A stretch of 64,000 nucleotides of DNA from Phoronis australis (lineage: Eukaryota > Animalia > Phoronida), in the NCBI GenBank assembly GCA_002633005.1, contig NMRA01000614.1:138974-202973 (forward strand). Direction: 5' to 3'. Positions 23,919-38,900 of the stretch are shown here, piece by piece. A program made the position numbers and the translations under genes. The notes beneath the pieces are model-generated. The model was given only the letters and a program-made list of their open reading frames with translations. It was not told the DNA's origin and ran no database searches. The stretch's first letter is position 1, and each line of letters starts with the position of its first letter.

Positions 23919-26900
23919 GTAAGTAAAGTTAGCGTACTATTAACATTAATTTTGACCTATCGCAAGCTCCTCCCCTTGCGTAATGTCGTCTAACAAACAA
24001 TAAGTTTTACCCGGCAACGTGTTGTTTGTCGGGTAAAAAAGCGGCTTAGAAACGAAGGTGAGTCAATAATGCTGCGTTCTAAATGGTCAGTTAAGCCGTC
24101 ACTCAAAATCCTGGCGATAGGTCTAACGACTCCTTTGTTCTGAGAATGTGGTTCATAATGTGTTTCTTGCTATTACTCGTGACAGTTTAGAACACCATTG
24201 ACTTCCTGATCATATTCATCACAAACTTGTGTTGCTAACGAAAGTCGAAAGTGCGCCTACACGTTGCTGTACAGTCATGTTCGTTTATACAGTCGTGCCC
24301 ACATCTTCTGGGTACTAATATGTTGACATTCGATAATATTTAGTTTTTTTCTTAATTAGTATAACCGTTCTATTTCAACTCCTTTGTTCTATAGACCATG
24401 ACCATAACTGGCTCAATGAAGACAGCACGTCTCCTGCGATTACTCCGAGTCGCACGTCGCATGAATCAATATTCCCAGTACGGATCGGCGGTGCTCATCC
24501 TGATGATGGTTATATTCGCTCTCATAGCTCACTGGCTTGCCTGTGTATTTTACGCCATAGCCTATGTTGAGAGGCCCCATTTGGAGTTTCCGATTTCTTG
24601 GCTGGATTCCTTGGCGGCAAAAATGGAAATGCCGTACATAGTCAATGACACGACAAGCGGTCCAGACATTCGCTCGAAGTACGTGACGGCAATGTATTTC
24701 ACGTTGACCACTTTGACGAGTATAGGGTTTGGAAATGTAGCACCAAACACCAACGCTGAGAAGATCTTCTCCATCATTGCCATGATGATTGGATGTAAGT
24801 GTTTTACAATCCCACGTCAGTCACATTTTCATATAAAGTTTAATAGTGGACGAAACTCTCCTGCAAGCAACATTACGACGTCTATCAAATTACTCATCCA
24901 GCTGTATGAAAACAAACCTTGTGAATGCAAAGAATTTTTCCTGGTGCAAAGGTATGGCCATTTGCAATAAAATCGTTGCCTTTGACAAATTTAAAGCAAA
25001 TCAGTAACCAGTATTGTTTCACGGGAAATACCAAAGCCCTCGATCACCACGAGCACATATCCTCTCCTGCGTCACGGGGATAGAACACAAGTGAAGTCCT
25101 AACCATCATTTTAACTGAAATAGTAATAAATAAAAAACAAGCATGGCAGATCGTGATACATAATCAGCCATCAGTTAGAAATCGCCTTTGATCGATCACA
25201 AAAAATGGCTCACTATACTGTCATTCGCCATCGAGAATTCGCCCTTAGGAGGTAAAAACCCTCCCTCCCCCTCCCCTGGTCATCACCCCCTAATTCTGGC
25301 TCGCCACAAATTCCATGGTTTGCAACACTCAGTTCTAGAGATGGTGATAGAGGTACGAGTCTTCCGGTTTCCCGCTTCCAGCCGAGCCGAACTCGTCACC
25401 TTCCTTCCTAACTCAACACTCACTAATCACTGTCTTCCTGGCCACAATCGTCCGCCATCGGCCATCACCAAAGACTACAAGGCCTTCTTTACCCATGGCC
25501 CACCTTTATCATTCGTCACCACCAATCGCTCATCACCTGCAGTTTGAACTGTATCCTAGCTTGAGAATAATGCCGATCTATCTTCACAGCACATTTCGTC
25601 GCCGCTAGGCTGGCAACCATTTAAAAGGATGCTAAATCCCGTTTTGCTGATTTCAATCAATTCTTGTTTTGCCATCTGCAATGCATGGCCGACGCATCAT
25701 AGGGGGCTGGGGGGCTATATCCCCCCCCCAGTTTTTTTAGTGCTATGCCGCACACGGTCTATAGGAGGTGAACCACGGGGGGGGGGCTGAGGGGGCTTAG
25801 CCCCCCACTTTCTTCAGTGATGCGCCGCCCATGCAATGGCGCCATTGGTGTCCCACTTCAAAAATAAAAGCAGGAGTTAACTAAAAACTCATACTCTCTG
25901 TGCCACAGATTGGATATTATGGTTCTTGGTCGGCGGTCGTTCCCTCACATTTGTTAGGTAACTCGCCCAAAAATGTAAGTCATGCTTGCCTGTTTAGCAG
26001 AGTTTTCAAATTTTGATCCAAACTGTTGAGGGTTGTCGAATTCAGAGCATTATTTTGTTTCAGAGAACCTGGGTGGGAAGGTCGTTTTAAATATCTGTTC
26101 ATTGGCTTAAACCGGGTTTGGTATCCTTAAAGCATGTACGTTGTACTGACGCCCTTGTAGACCTTGCTGCCAGAGAAATACGTAAGAAGCGTCGAATGTC
26201 GCAACACATTGCAAACGCGTGTTTTCCTTGGTGTTCGTATCCATTAAATTTCAAGTTATGGCTATCTGAAATCTCCTTAAAGAGGCCATAAACCCGCGCA
26301 GTTTGTCAAAACGAACTTTTAAATAAAGTCAATCGGCCTGGCGTAATACGATAAGAAATGATTTCTTGGTATACGAACAACCGACAGGTTGTCGTAGTTT
26401 CAGGCCAGACCCACTAAGTTGCTTCGGTTGTAACGGCGGGTTAATTTCAGTCGCCAAGGCAGTGCGGCTCTTGGAAGCAATTCCAGGCATTCATCTTAAC
26501 CAATTTCAATTTAAGCAAAGAATGAGAACACAACGGAGTTGCCTTGAGAGGCAAATACGGCTGTATAAAAGATATTTTTAACATCTGAACATGGGTATAG
26601 CGACTTTAAAAAGATACCGAAGCCGGTTTTCGCCTATCAACAGATTTTTAAAAACGACTTTCCCATTCCGAAACAAAATAATTCTCTGTAACTCAAAAGT
26701 TTAAAGTAAAATTTTGAAACTGCAAGTATACTAAACAGGCAAACGTGACCTACACTTAAGGCGAGTTACACGATATCTGTTGGGAAAGACCATCCACTAA
26801 AAGCATAATAATAATACAAGCCATAATGTATCGCACAGAGAGTATGCGAATCTTGCTTTTGTAACTTATTTGAGACCCAATGATGCATTAGAAGGGAACA

Positions 26901-29900
26901 GGACGAGAGTTCAGAGTGATCGCCAAAACAGGGTTTAGCATCCTTTTAAATATGCAATAGCAGTGTTTCGTAAACATTTAAAATATCGGATTTGATATAC
27001 ATCTTGATATTCCAATTACAATTTCGTGTGGAAATTGGCGCTTGTTTAGGCTTGTTCACAACTATTAGCGAAAGTTATCCCCAACGGCAATGATCAAAGT
27101 CTTTGCTAAGACAGTAATTAGACTAACTCTTTGTTAATAAAGGAGGTAACCTTCTTAAAAAGGTCAAACCATCAACATCTGGCAAGCATCAACTATTTAA
27201 AAGCCACTCATTGTAAAAGCTGTAACTGGGTTGACTACGGTCCAACAAAATTGTACTAATTGCTGGATAGCGCTCGTTATGCCGTCGCGCACGAGCAACG
27301 TTGCATTAATTACATAGGATGGGCTCGAAACTGATTTTATAAGGGTCAGTCATGGGTGATCCTTAAAAATGTAAAAAAAACTCTCAACGGCGTGCTTGAA
27401 AGTGTTTATTTTGATTTATTGCATTCACATCTCACTGTAGGTTATAAGCAGACTGGTGATGTTTGCGTTTTTGCGGTTTACACCCCAGCGAACATTAATT
27501 AGGTGGTAAATTAAGGTTCCGGTAAAACTGACACTAATTGAGGATAAATCTGCAAAAATGCTTCTCATGATTCAATCGTCATAAAAAGAGCATAAAATTC
27601 TCTGCCAAGGGATAATTGTTTTAAATGATACTTTCATTGTGTACCAAAAGTACATTATAAAGGAAAGGACATATATACTGTAATATATATATAAATATTT
27701 CAACTTATATGTCAAGTTTGCAAAAGTTTTAATAAAGAGCGTTTTCGAAAAACAATTTCAAAAATGAAAGTGTTTTACATGGTAGGGTCCGGGTCTTTGC
27801 AAGACGGTGCACAAAGTGGATTGCAGTACCTTTGCTCGTTAACTGGTGCGTGTATGCACACCTCAAGAAGCCCCCATGTCTTAAAGAGGATTTCCTTCAA
27901 CACCAGGCCGAGGCATAAACTTATGATGAAATAGGTTGAGCTACAACAAACTGGGTTTTCGAACTTTCACTTGCAACGATAGCAATTGGTTTCTACCGTC
28001 AAAAAGAATCGAGATTTCACCGGTGATTGATATGACGCAGCGTTATTTCAATAAGATGCGTGGTCTTTCCCTGCGCACGCTCCGTAGGCGTGATAATCTC
28101 GCGAAAACGCAAAATCACGCAACTGAGACCATGCGAAATATCGCCATGTATTACAAGCGAAGCACGCGATCACATTAGCTTCCTTCGTGAGATCGGTGCA
28201 TCTACGTCACTCAGACCCTGCCTAAATACATGACTCATGACACTCTTTTGTACTTGTCTTTGCCTTGAATGTGGACGGAAGCTGTTTTCTGTGACGGTAT
28301 TATTGAAGTTTTGAAACGTGTTTTATGAGATTGAGTAACTCATTTTATGATTTTTATAATTTGTTTCTAAGGCAGTGAGTCAGGAGTGAGTAAGTGCCAT
28401 AAGTAAAAGAAACGTATGATTACCATTTCGCATCAGGGGCGGATCCAGAGGATTTTCAGTTAGGGGGGCCAGGGCTTAGTATTAGCCAGGATTTTGCCCG
28501 TCAGACATTCGCACCCCCGAACAGCCAAATGGAATCTGGGAGAATTTTAGGCTGAATATGGTCCCCTTGGCCCCCCTCTAAATCCGCCACTGCGCATGGC
28601 CTCAATTTATCATCTGTTCTAACAAGATACCAAAAACGTGTCGACTTCCTTGTTCCAGCCCTCATGAGTGCTGTGGTATTTGGTAACGTATCGTCAATCA
28701 TGTTACGAGTGTACCAAGGCACGGAGGAGTTTCATGAGAGGTCCGAGAGCATTAAAGAGTTCATTCTGTTCCACTCCATACCGAAGACGCTGGCCGATAG
28801 GTTGCAGGATTCCTTTCAACATTCGTGGTCTTACACGAATGGAATCGACATGAACCAGGTCTGTGCAGACTGTGTTTTAACAAGAGTAAAGAAAACGAGA
28901 TGTTTTGCTCGTTTATTAAGTATACTTCGTTATCAAATTATCTGTCAATGACGAACTATAAGCAACCTCTTCGTTCTTGAGACCATTTTAAAAGTTTAGC
29001 ATTCGTGTGACATATTTTATAAAGCGGTTCACCGTTTGGTCTGACACAATACAATTATAACCTGAGGGATCCAGTTCGGGGCAATATTTATGGATCTGAC
29101 CTGTGATGCACCCCATAGTGGCAACAAAAGTCTCTAAACAGACGACCTCATCAGAGTTCTGTGGAACAGCGATATCATTTACCTACTGCCACCAACGATA
29201 CTGTTGTTTTGGTTGATTGAAGTATCAGTGGTTGTAATAGCAATTCGTTCGTGATCGTTGCAATAGAGCTGTGTTTTTTTTTTCGTTTATCAGTGTGATA
29301 GCATCGCTCCCAACAATTAAAAATGCCCCATAGACACTATCACTTTACTTTTCTGGCGTCCTTCGCTTAAACGTCAGAACTCTTTTCATTTCAGGTTCTT
29401 AAAAGTTTTCCAGATTGTTTACAAGCTGACATTTGTCTGCATTTGAATCGCAACTTACTAAGTAACTCGGTGGCATTTAGAGGTGCAAGTCCAGGTACGT
29501 AGTATGGAGACAGGGTTGAACAGCGGAGACACGCTTTCACAAGGATATTGAACGTTTATTGAATTTAACCTAAATGATTCACTTAATGGAAATACCACTG
29601 GAACTCTAATGCATTTTTGTTCAAGAGTATTATTAAGTCAGACACTCAAGGGTAAATTATTCTCGGTTCGTTGAAGAAATCTATTCAGTTACCCGGGCAC
29701 ATACAGAGTGCAGTGTAATTTCTGCTGCTGACATCGAGGTGACCAATTTGCCTTTTCACTGACAAATCTATAGGTGCCACAGTGTAGTCCATTCTGGCCC
29801 AGCATGCTCAAATTATTAAAAGTGCAGTGAACCCCATGCATGCTGTCAAAACAACTTTAAATGAAGACCACTTACCCTTGCAAAATCGATCTCATCTCGT

Positions 29901-32900
29901 TAGAAATGACTTATAGGCTTGGATGGAACTACAGATTATAGACAACAGATTTGCAACTCCGACATTTCCTTTTATACTATCCTAGAGAGAGGCGCTACTT
30001 TCCAAAATTACCAATTTCAGTTTCTGGTTAGTGTATTGTGACGGGAAATTCTTTCATTTGTTTTACTGTCCACTAAAACGAAAAAAAAATAATTTCGGCA
30101 CTGAATAATAGAACTGTTGTTATTGTGAGGCTGTCGACCTTGATTAGCAGACGACTTACTTGCCGGAAGTAAAACTTGCTAATTTTGCCAGGTGTCGCTA
30201 GTGAATAATGACGTCACGGCTTTTGCGTAAGATCACAGATTTCGCCCGTATGCACCAGCACAGTGGTAGAGATGATCCCTTCCGCCTTCAGTTGCCCCTG
30301 TTTCGCGTTCATATATAATTGACACGGAACAAGATGTTCGAGCGCAAATTGCCCCACCTCACAAACGGGTGGCAAAAGTTGTCACCGCGGTGTCAAGTGT
30401 CAGTCCCGTTTACGCACTGGAACATCTCGTTCCGTGTCGGCTGACCTGTGTCAACTTTTCACGGTAGTGTAAACGGCACTACAGTGTGTGATGGAACTGA
30501 CAACTGATTCAAACCAGGCTCAATGTTGGTTAGTCACGGCGGGTTGAGTACGGTCTCAAACAATTAACAACTACCAGGTATTACAAAACTTAGAAATCAG
30601 TCCTCGAATGCGTAAGGGGTTAACTGAGGCCAGCTGAGTTTCGTGGTGGCAAGAGGTCTCGGTCACAAATTAGTTTCCGTTTGGCGGAAGGTGGGTTCAT
30701 AATAGCTTTAATCACCATTTTGTTTAAAGTGGTTATATCACGTGAAAGTGGTGACTAAACTCGGGCGGCGTAGTACTGAAATAAGTGGGGGTTATAACCC
30801 CCACCCCAGCCCGACCCCTATGGTGCGCGCCGACCATGCCCATCATGGGTGGCCCAACGTACACTGAAATAAGAGGGGGATATAGCCCCCCGCTATCCCC
30901 CTGTGGTGCGCCGCCCATGCTAAACTATTTTTATCAACGAGGAACCCGATGTCTTCCGGTGTTTTCAGTTAAAAGGATACCTAGTCCGGTTTTGGCCTAT
31001 TAACAGATTCCAAAATCAACTTCCCCATCCAGTTTTCTGAAACAAAATAATGCTCTGTAACCCTCGACAAACTTCAGAAGTTTGGAGACAATGATTTTGA
31101 AAACTCCTTTCAAAGTCGGCTAAATGGGCAAGCGTGACCTATGCTTTTAGCGAATTGCACGGCAACTGTGGGAAAAGATCACCCATTAAGGACCATAATG
31201 TCCAATCTGTCACATAGGAAGTTTGAGTTCTTAGTTGATTCCTACCTTCAACTTGGAGGATTGGCGCCAATGATGCATTAGTAGGTGACAGAACGAGAAT
31301 TGGTGGAAATCATGAAAACAGGGTTTAGTATTCTTTTTAAGTAGAACCAGCGACATAACTTAAAATTATTTAAATGCTTATGAGGAAATTAGGAATACGG
31401 ATCAGTTTCGATCACTGAACAGTTTCACATTTTTGGGTAGAATGCAACTTTTAAATCAAATTTATTATGTACTTGAATCGTGTTCAAGAGAACCACTGCT
31501 TTGCCCCGCCTGCTTCCCAGCTACTGAATAGAGACCAAAAGTGTGACGTCACCTCACTTGGACTGTCTCGGATATTCCGCCATCATGGTCCTAACCCTTA
31601 CCACTTATTTACAGGAAGTTACATATGGTCAAAATTGTAATTGCAAAATCGCTTATTAAATTGTTTTAAAAATATATGGTAAATATGCTAATCTATCTGG
31701 TCCATAGAAGCTACGGAACGAGATTCAGAGTAAAAAGTTGCCTTTGTTGAATTTTGCCGCTTTAAACAAAATGTTAGTGCAAGTGAATAGGCCATCATTC
31801 TATCGCTCGTCTCCAATTTGAAGCAGTTGGTAAGGGTGTGACGAAATCATTTTCCATCCCTATTTTGAGAGTTATTGTTCACTGACTAACCGTTTGAAGA
31901 CTCATTCTAATTGCCACACATTTTCGCTGAACTCTTTATCCGAATAGCGCTAGAACTTCCCCTTACATCTTATACACAAACAGCTTGACAAAGTCCGCTC
32001 AATTACTCGAAATGAATCTTTAAGAACTAAAACTAAAGGCAATACTACTAATAGAATACCTTTCATAACTATGTTCAATCCATGTTTAAACGGAATTAGC
32101 CACGTCTTCAAAAAACATCTTTCTACGCTGCATATTTCCCCTCAAATGAAAAACCTATTTCCTCATCCCCCTATAATTTCTTGGAGAAAATGTAAAAATC
32201 TAAAAAATTATTTAGTTAAAGCTAATATCGACAATATACACCAAACTGACAAACCTATTGGCAACACACAATGTAACAAAACTAGGTGTAAAATGTGTAA
32301 CTTCATCAACGATAGCACTTTTTTCCAGTCTTCCCAAACCAATGAAAACTTTGAAATAAAACATTATTCTGATTGCACCACCAACAATATTATTTACCTT
32401 ATAACTTGTAAAAAATGTTCTATCCAATACGTAGGACAAACTCAACATAATCTACAAACTCGGTTTCGTAATCATAGATTTAACATAATACATAAAAACA
32501 TTTCTGATACTATAGGTAATCATTTCAATTCCAAAAACCATAATATTCAAGATCTTTCTGTACAAATAATAGAAAAACTCCAACACCCCAGTACCCCTCA
32601 CAGACTTAAAAGAGAACAATATTGGATAGACAAACTGAATACAATAGAACCTCATGGATTGAACATAAAAACTTAAAATATGTCATTGAATTTTTTACGC
32701 AAAAATGTATCATTTTCATTACACCATATCTTATATGTCAATTGTCATTTCGTGTTTGATTTTACTTTATTTCTGTTTTTGTTGATAAAGGAAGTTGTTA
32801 CATCCGAAAATTTCAAATTTCAGTTGATCCATTCTTGTTGTTTTATTTACCGATTTATATTCTTCATTTCATGAAACAATAGTATCCTTGGGAGGATCTG

Positions 32901-35900
32901 GATCGCCTTATTTAGCTTCAGATATATTTTCTACCTTGTGTAAATTAAAACACAGAGATAGTTCCCCCATTTCTAAAATGGTTTGGTAAAAACTATCAAA
33001 TACAGGCATTATCTCCTGAGTTTGCGACATCACCATGTGTTTAAAGAAACCATTTGTTGCTCTTTCAGGTTGTCTTCGCGCACTGTCCTTGAAGTTCCGC
33101 ACTACTCACGCGCCACCTGGTGACACATTGATACATCCTGGAGACATTCTGACAGCCATTTATTTCATTGCCAGAGGAACAATCGAAGTGGTTGGCAAAA
33201 CCGACGAGGTGCTTGCCATTCTTGGTAATGATTTGAAACGTTTTGGAAACAATATAAAATGTAGACGAAAAGACAAGAAAACTGTATTAAAAGATTTCTT
33301 CAACCAGGGGTAGGCTTACTTCGTGGCTTGGTTGGACTTCTTTGTTTACAGAAGTTCGTTAGAAAGTTTTATTTTGCCGGCAATTTTCACTATTTTTATC
33401 ATAATCTGGGGAGTAACAGCTCCTGCTGTCGCACAGACTAATGCACTTGGTTGCTTAATCTTTGACAGTTAATCACGTGTAATATCACAAGGGTGACAAA
33501 AAATCTTTCCCTGAACTTTTCACAGTTGCAATCGCTGCGACATCTGGTGGATTACTTCATCGGAGAGCAAGCAAAAAAGATGAGATTGTCAGATGCGAAA
33601 TTTTTTGCTGTGATTAAAGATTATAACAATTATTTCGAGACTCGTTTATGCGTTGAAAAATTGAAAGAGCGTGCTTCTCGTGGTTGAATTATACCTGTTT
33701 TAGCAACATTGAGTTGTGGTGTATGACCTATGCAATATAGAAGCAACCAAGAATTATGCCTCACCTACTTATACCACTACGGCCGCCGACACATAGACTG
33801 GCCAGTCAGAATCCCCTCAACAAAATACACAGTAATAACGAAATATTTCCTTATTGCTAACATGCCAACAGTATAGCAGTCGTCAACCATTACCTTTTAA
33901 GAACTTGATTACTTGTAGTCGATTGAAACATGGAAAATTGACAGTTCTGGAATTTGTGATTTTGAGCCAAAGAATGGCAAGATTACCGTTTCTGGGTCAA
34001 ACTTTCCAATAAGGTATCGCGTACTTCTTTGTTCGAGTATTAACATTTTAAAAAGCGTTTGCGTATTTTCTCTTTCATCGTTTATCGATGTTGACTTACA
34101 CTGACAATGGATCTTGAAAAAATCGTTTGTGATGAATATTGTAAACGACGCTTAACATCTCTTGTTGCTTGACATCGATTCAAGTGTTTTTCTTGCTTGA
34201 TGGTTGGGGTTAACGATATCGACCAAGTCTCACTGCAGCGTTATCTTTTCAGGTAAAGACGACATTTTTGGTCAAAACGCCGACGATCTAGCAAGCGTTT
34301 CTAAATCTAACTATTCTGTTCGTGCGCTGACTTACTGCGATCTGAACAAAATAGAACTCGACGATTTAGAAGAAATTCTTGACACATATCCTGAATTTGC
34401 GAAATCCTTCAAGAAGAAATTTACAATCACTTTTAATCTTCGCAAGGTGAGTAAATAGGCAAAGAAATTTGTGTACTTTCGTAGCCGCGCTTATAGTGAA
34501 GAGTACACGCAGCTTTCTTGTTAAAGCTTTCCTTGCTTGCCAGAAAACTCTTCTTATATATGTCACATAGTAATATCTGTAGTCGAGAAGAGTCATTGGC
34601 TCAAGATCCTGTTTTTATAATTGGTTTTGAACAAGTATTGATTGGTTCAGTAGAACAACTATTCGAAACAGCTTGCACTGCTGTTTCAAGCGTTTCTTGC
34701 AAGACAAGGAATGCATCGAATGTCTGAAAAGAAAGCGTTTATTTTGGTATCTGTAAAATTTCACCCTAGCTTATAGGCTATAAAAGCTTCTTAGAAATCG
34801 GAGTTCAATTTCCAATCTCCGAACTGGAACTATAAGCCCAACATCATTTTGTAATAATATGTTCCACTCAAAGATAGCGAGCTCAAGAAGTGTCCTTGAT
34901 TCTGTGCAAGTACTTTATAATTTAATCAGATGAGTGTCCATTATCTAAGTAATGTTTCATGAATTTAGGGGTCATCGAAATGTGAACGTAGGTGAGATAC
35001 GATAATTCTTTACTTCTGCCGCACAAATGAAGACCGAATTGCAATTACAAAGTATTTTATGACATCTTCGCAGTACAAATCAAGCTCATAATGGAATAAG
35101 TTCTTTCCTCAATCTTAATTTTCGTTGAAATATTTACGAAATTGATTTTTACTTGACAACCATACCGTAGTATGTAGATGGAGAATTATGGTACTCGTCT
35201 GCGTAAATCTTGCCGTACTGAGTGCAAAATCAAAAACACTAATTATAACCGTCTGGCTGATGTTTTCAACCACGGAAATTGTCTGACAGTCTATAATTTT
35301 GATAAAGTGAATTGAGTAGTAAGTGTCGCAGATATTTTTAAGTGGTTACTAGAAAAGTTAATCTAGTTCAATTTATGAGGGCCATTCTCATAGCTACCTT
35401 GTACACACCCATCAGAACGAACCTGCCAGATGACCATTTCCTAGCATTGGGATACCCATGGATCACTGTGGTATCAAAGAAAGTTTGTTACCTTTTCATG
35501 TCCCAAAACACCCCCGGGATCCCGCCTCTTGTTCAGTAACGCTAGGCCGGGCCTCGCCAAAAAGCAAGACTTCACGAAATTACGTGAGATATTTTATTTA
35601 AGTGAGAGCACGTTAGCTAGGTCCTAGCGTAGGTCGTAGCGTTACGTCAGGTATATTAGCTCGGCCTTACACTTCGAAAAGAAGATGTAAAAGCTAAGTT
35701 GGACTTCTAGTTCAATTTTTGAGATACGATTATGAACAGGGTAGTATACGCTCGATCATGACCACGTGACTTTTGCTGAAGGGAGGTCTTGCGTCATTTG
35801 CGTCAAGTCATAAGTTTGCGGTGTTTGATAATATGACTATTGCCTTAGGGACATCCCGTTTCACACGATGGCGAGTGCCGAATGTTTCGATTTAAATTTG

Positions 35901-38900
35901 CGACGGAATGTAGTTAATAGGTTCATTCTAAGGGACACGGTCGGAAAAAGTTAATTGTCCACGTCTGGGCACTAAAACATCGCGCATAGCTGTGGCATCA
36001 TCGTTAGCTTCTTACAGCATTCAAAGTCTTTCGTTAGAAATTTTTTTGAATTTTTATTATCCATACAGACGTCAGTGAGAATAAGCCCCGTTGGTCTTAG
36101 CCAAAACATGTCGTATTCCCATACAAGCTTGTTGCATGCTCTTTGCGCTTAAAGTTGCTTTTTCTTTCATCGCAATAACAGCCTCACGAGGACACGGTAA
36201 GACTGCGTGTATCTTAAATTTACTCACTTCACTTGTTAAATAATACTTAAGAGTTTTAGTTAGGAAAACAGTTTGTAGCGTTTATATCAATTACCCAAAG
36301 GAAACTATGTGACAAGGAACAAGATTGCTGTGTTTTACAAACCTTGTATTATTACATACCATGCGTTATAAACTTCGCTAGTTTTGAATCAGTAATTGTA
36401 ATGAAAAGCTACGAATTGTTTTTGAAATTAATTCCCCGGTATTCGCACATTGTACTTGGACCTTGATCCATTCCCTGCACACCATCAGCTCCGACAGGGG
36501 GAGCAGTCCTTCACACCTTCGTAATTCATGTACGTCTTTACTGAGCACGACTGCTCATGTTACGTCACTTGATGTGCGTGTAAATTTATGTTTAATGTTA
36601 AACATGGGTTTACTAATTTTATGCAGTGTATACATTCAGTTTTGGTTTTCCATCTTGTCACCCTGTGTGTGTGTTTGCTCGAGGAATCTTCCAATGGGTT
36701 TTTGTGTCAAAGTAGTATGTACAAAATAAATTTATTTTGTTTTTTAATCGGTTGCACTCATTCAGTTTGCATTTGTGCACGAGAAAAAAGAAGATTTTTT
36801 TACGCGCCATCAATATGACTCTAGACTTCTTTTGCATTATTTCGAGAATTGATAAAGATATAAGTGATATTGTGAACATACGAAAATTAGAGGATAAAAT
36901 GATTGTATATGTTTTGATCAATAGTTTTCGAGTGGTCATTCATAAAGGAAAGATGGAAATGGTTTATCAAGTCTTGGTTTCGTGTTATGTTACGTCATTT
37001 CTTTTCTCAAGGGTGATTTCCAGCAGCGGACGACACCAAATAAAATGGACGAAGAGACGCTCAAATTCATTAGACAAAAACAGCCAAAACTACAGTTCAA
37101 AAAATCATCCTCATATGACAGCGAAAGTCCATTTGAAAAAGGTGGGTTTTGCGCATTTAGACGTGAATGGAGCATATTTAGGGTATTTTTAATTGCTCAG
37201 TCTTAGCAAGAACTTGGTTAACAATACAGTTCGCCTTATCTTCGTCGAAAATCAGTGCTGTAGTGATAAAATTAGAGGTAAGTCTGCGCCCAAAGCCCAC
37301 CGTATGACCTTGAGCACTTAACGTGACTTACGGTGCGTAAGGCGCTACGTTCAAATGCCAAAATGTGGTTGGCTGTGCCTACGTGCGCCTACGCCCCACT
37401 ACAGCACTGTTGAAAATAAAAGAAAAACGTCGCGGCACCAATCTCATTCGGTTTTGAAGTCTTCTTTTGCTTTCGCCATTTTCACCGAACAATCATGAGC
37501 GGACGCGCATGCGTGGCCCCCGTCAACGACGTGCAGTGCACATGACTTGCTTTCTTGAATCCACAGTGCCTGTTTATTCGTAAATGATAAAAGCCTAGAT
37601 TGCATAAAGCGGCACAGCGAAAGGTTTGAAAAACAAAATTGTGGTTGCTAAATGCCAAAATACAGTAAATACGAAAATACATGGTCACTGCTTGAGAACG
37701 ACTTGAATTGATGTTGTACGGTATGTGTTTCGTCTCCAGCTATCTCTTTTGACACATAAAATGTTGTCTTCATAACTACACGAATACATCAGCTCTAAGT
37801 TTATAGCTGGAATGATGGCGACGTTTCAACGTACGAAAAACGGGACGAATGGAATTTAATTGGCTGTAAAACGACGGTATTTTAATAATAAAATTAGGCT
37901 GAAACTCTGAACATCTTGGTTATTTATAGAATACGAGCCAAAGCATCAACAGAAAAGCAGCGTAACTCGGCAGGCGCAACAACCACGAGTTCCGGACAAC
38001 TTGAAACGTCGTGGAACAGTCGATATGTCGTCGGACGAAGAGGATGCCGAAATAGTCGAACTATCGCCTGAAAAGGCGACGTCAACATACGAACCGGACG
38101 TTCTCTTACGCAGGAAAAATTCGATGAATTCAATTGCAGGTACGAGAATGCCACGCTCTTAAAATCTAACATGATGCCTTGCGTGAGATCTTGAGTTCGT
38201 TGCGTTCAAATTTACGACATAAAAACTGTCCAATCGTTGACGTAGCCAACAGTAAAGAGCATAGATTCAGCATAGGTGTATTTCTTGAATGCAGGGAGAT
38301 CGCAAAGTCTTATGCAATGCATCTTCACAGGTTTCTTACATCACTTTCTTGAAGAAAGTAATGTTCTGAATCTCCGTTATGTGAGATTAGAATTTAGCAA
38401 TGACAGAACTGACAATGGGGTTTTGAAAGTACATTATGAAGCTTTCTTTTTTCATTAAAAATACTTCTATTTCAAACTCAGTTGGCAATGTTTTTATGGC
38501 CTAAAACAAACAGTAAACGAAAGATCAGATCAAAATTTGTCTTGTGCTTCGATCGAATAGGATTAAGCTAAAACAGGCTACCCGAACTACACGGCACTGT
38601 AACTGATTCGGCTCTACTGACATAAAAACAACCTCCCCCCACATACAAACGGCTCACTGACTCACATGACTGAGCTGAGAACAACGTGCATGACTCAACG
38701 AAGAGTGCGTTGGGCGAGTTTACAGGTGATCGAGTCGTATTTGCCATCCAAGAAACGCGTTTTGGTTGCAGTCGTTCATGTGCGTCAGTGAAACACTCCA
38801 CTGAGTTCGCGAGCCGTTTGATTGAGCAAGTGCAGTGTTGTTCGGGTAGCCGCTAAACGCAAAAGTGTCGCAAAATAACATCAATATACCGTAGGCCTAT

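Noticed and set aside
36463-37011. Overlapping hydrophobic ORFs
   Set aside because: T-rich intronic sequence; only 37012-37141 has proper splice sites and phase.
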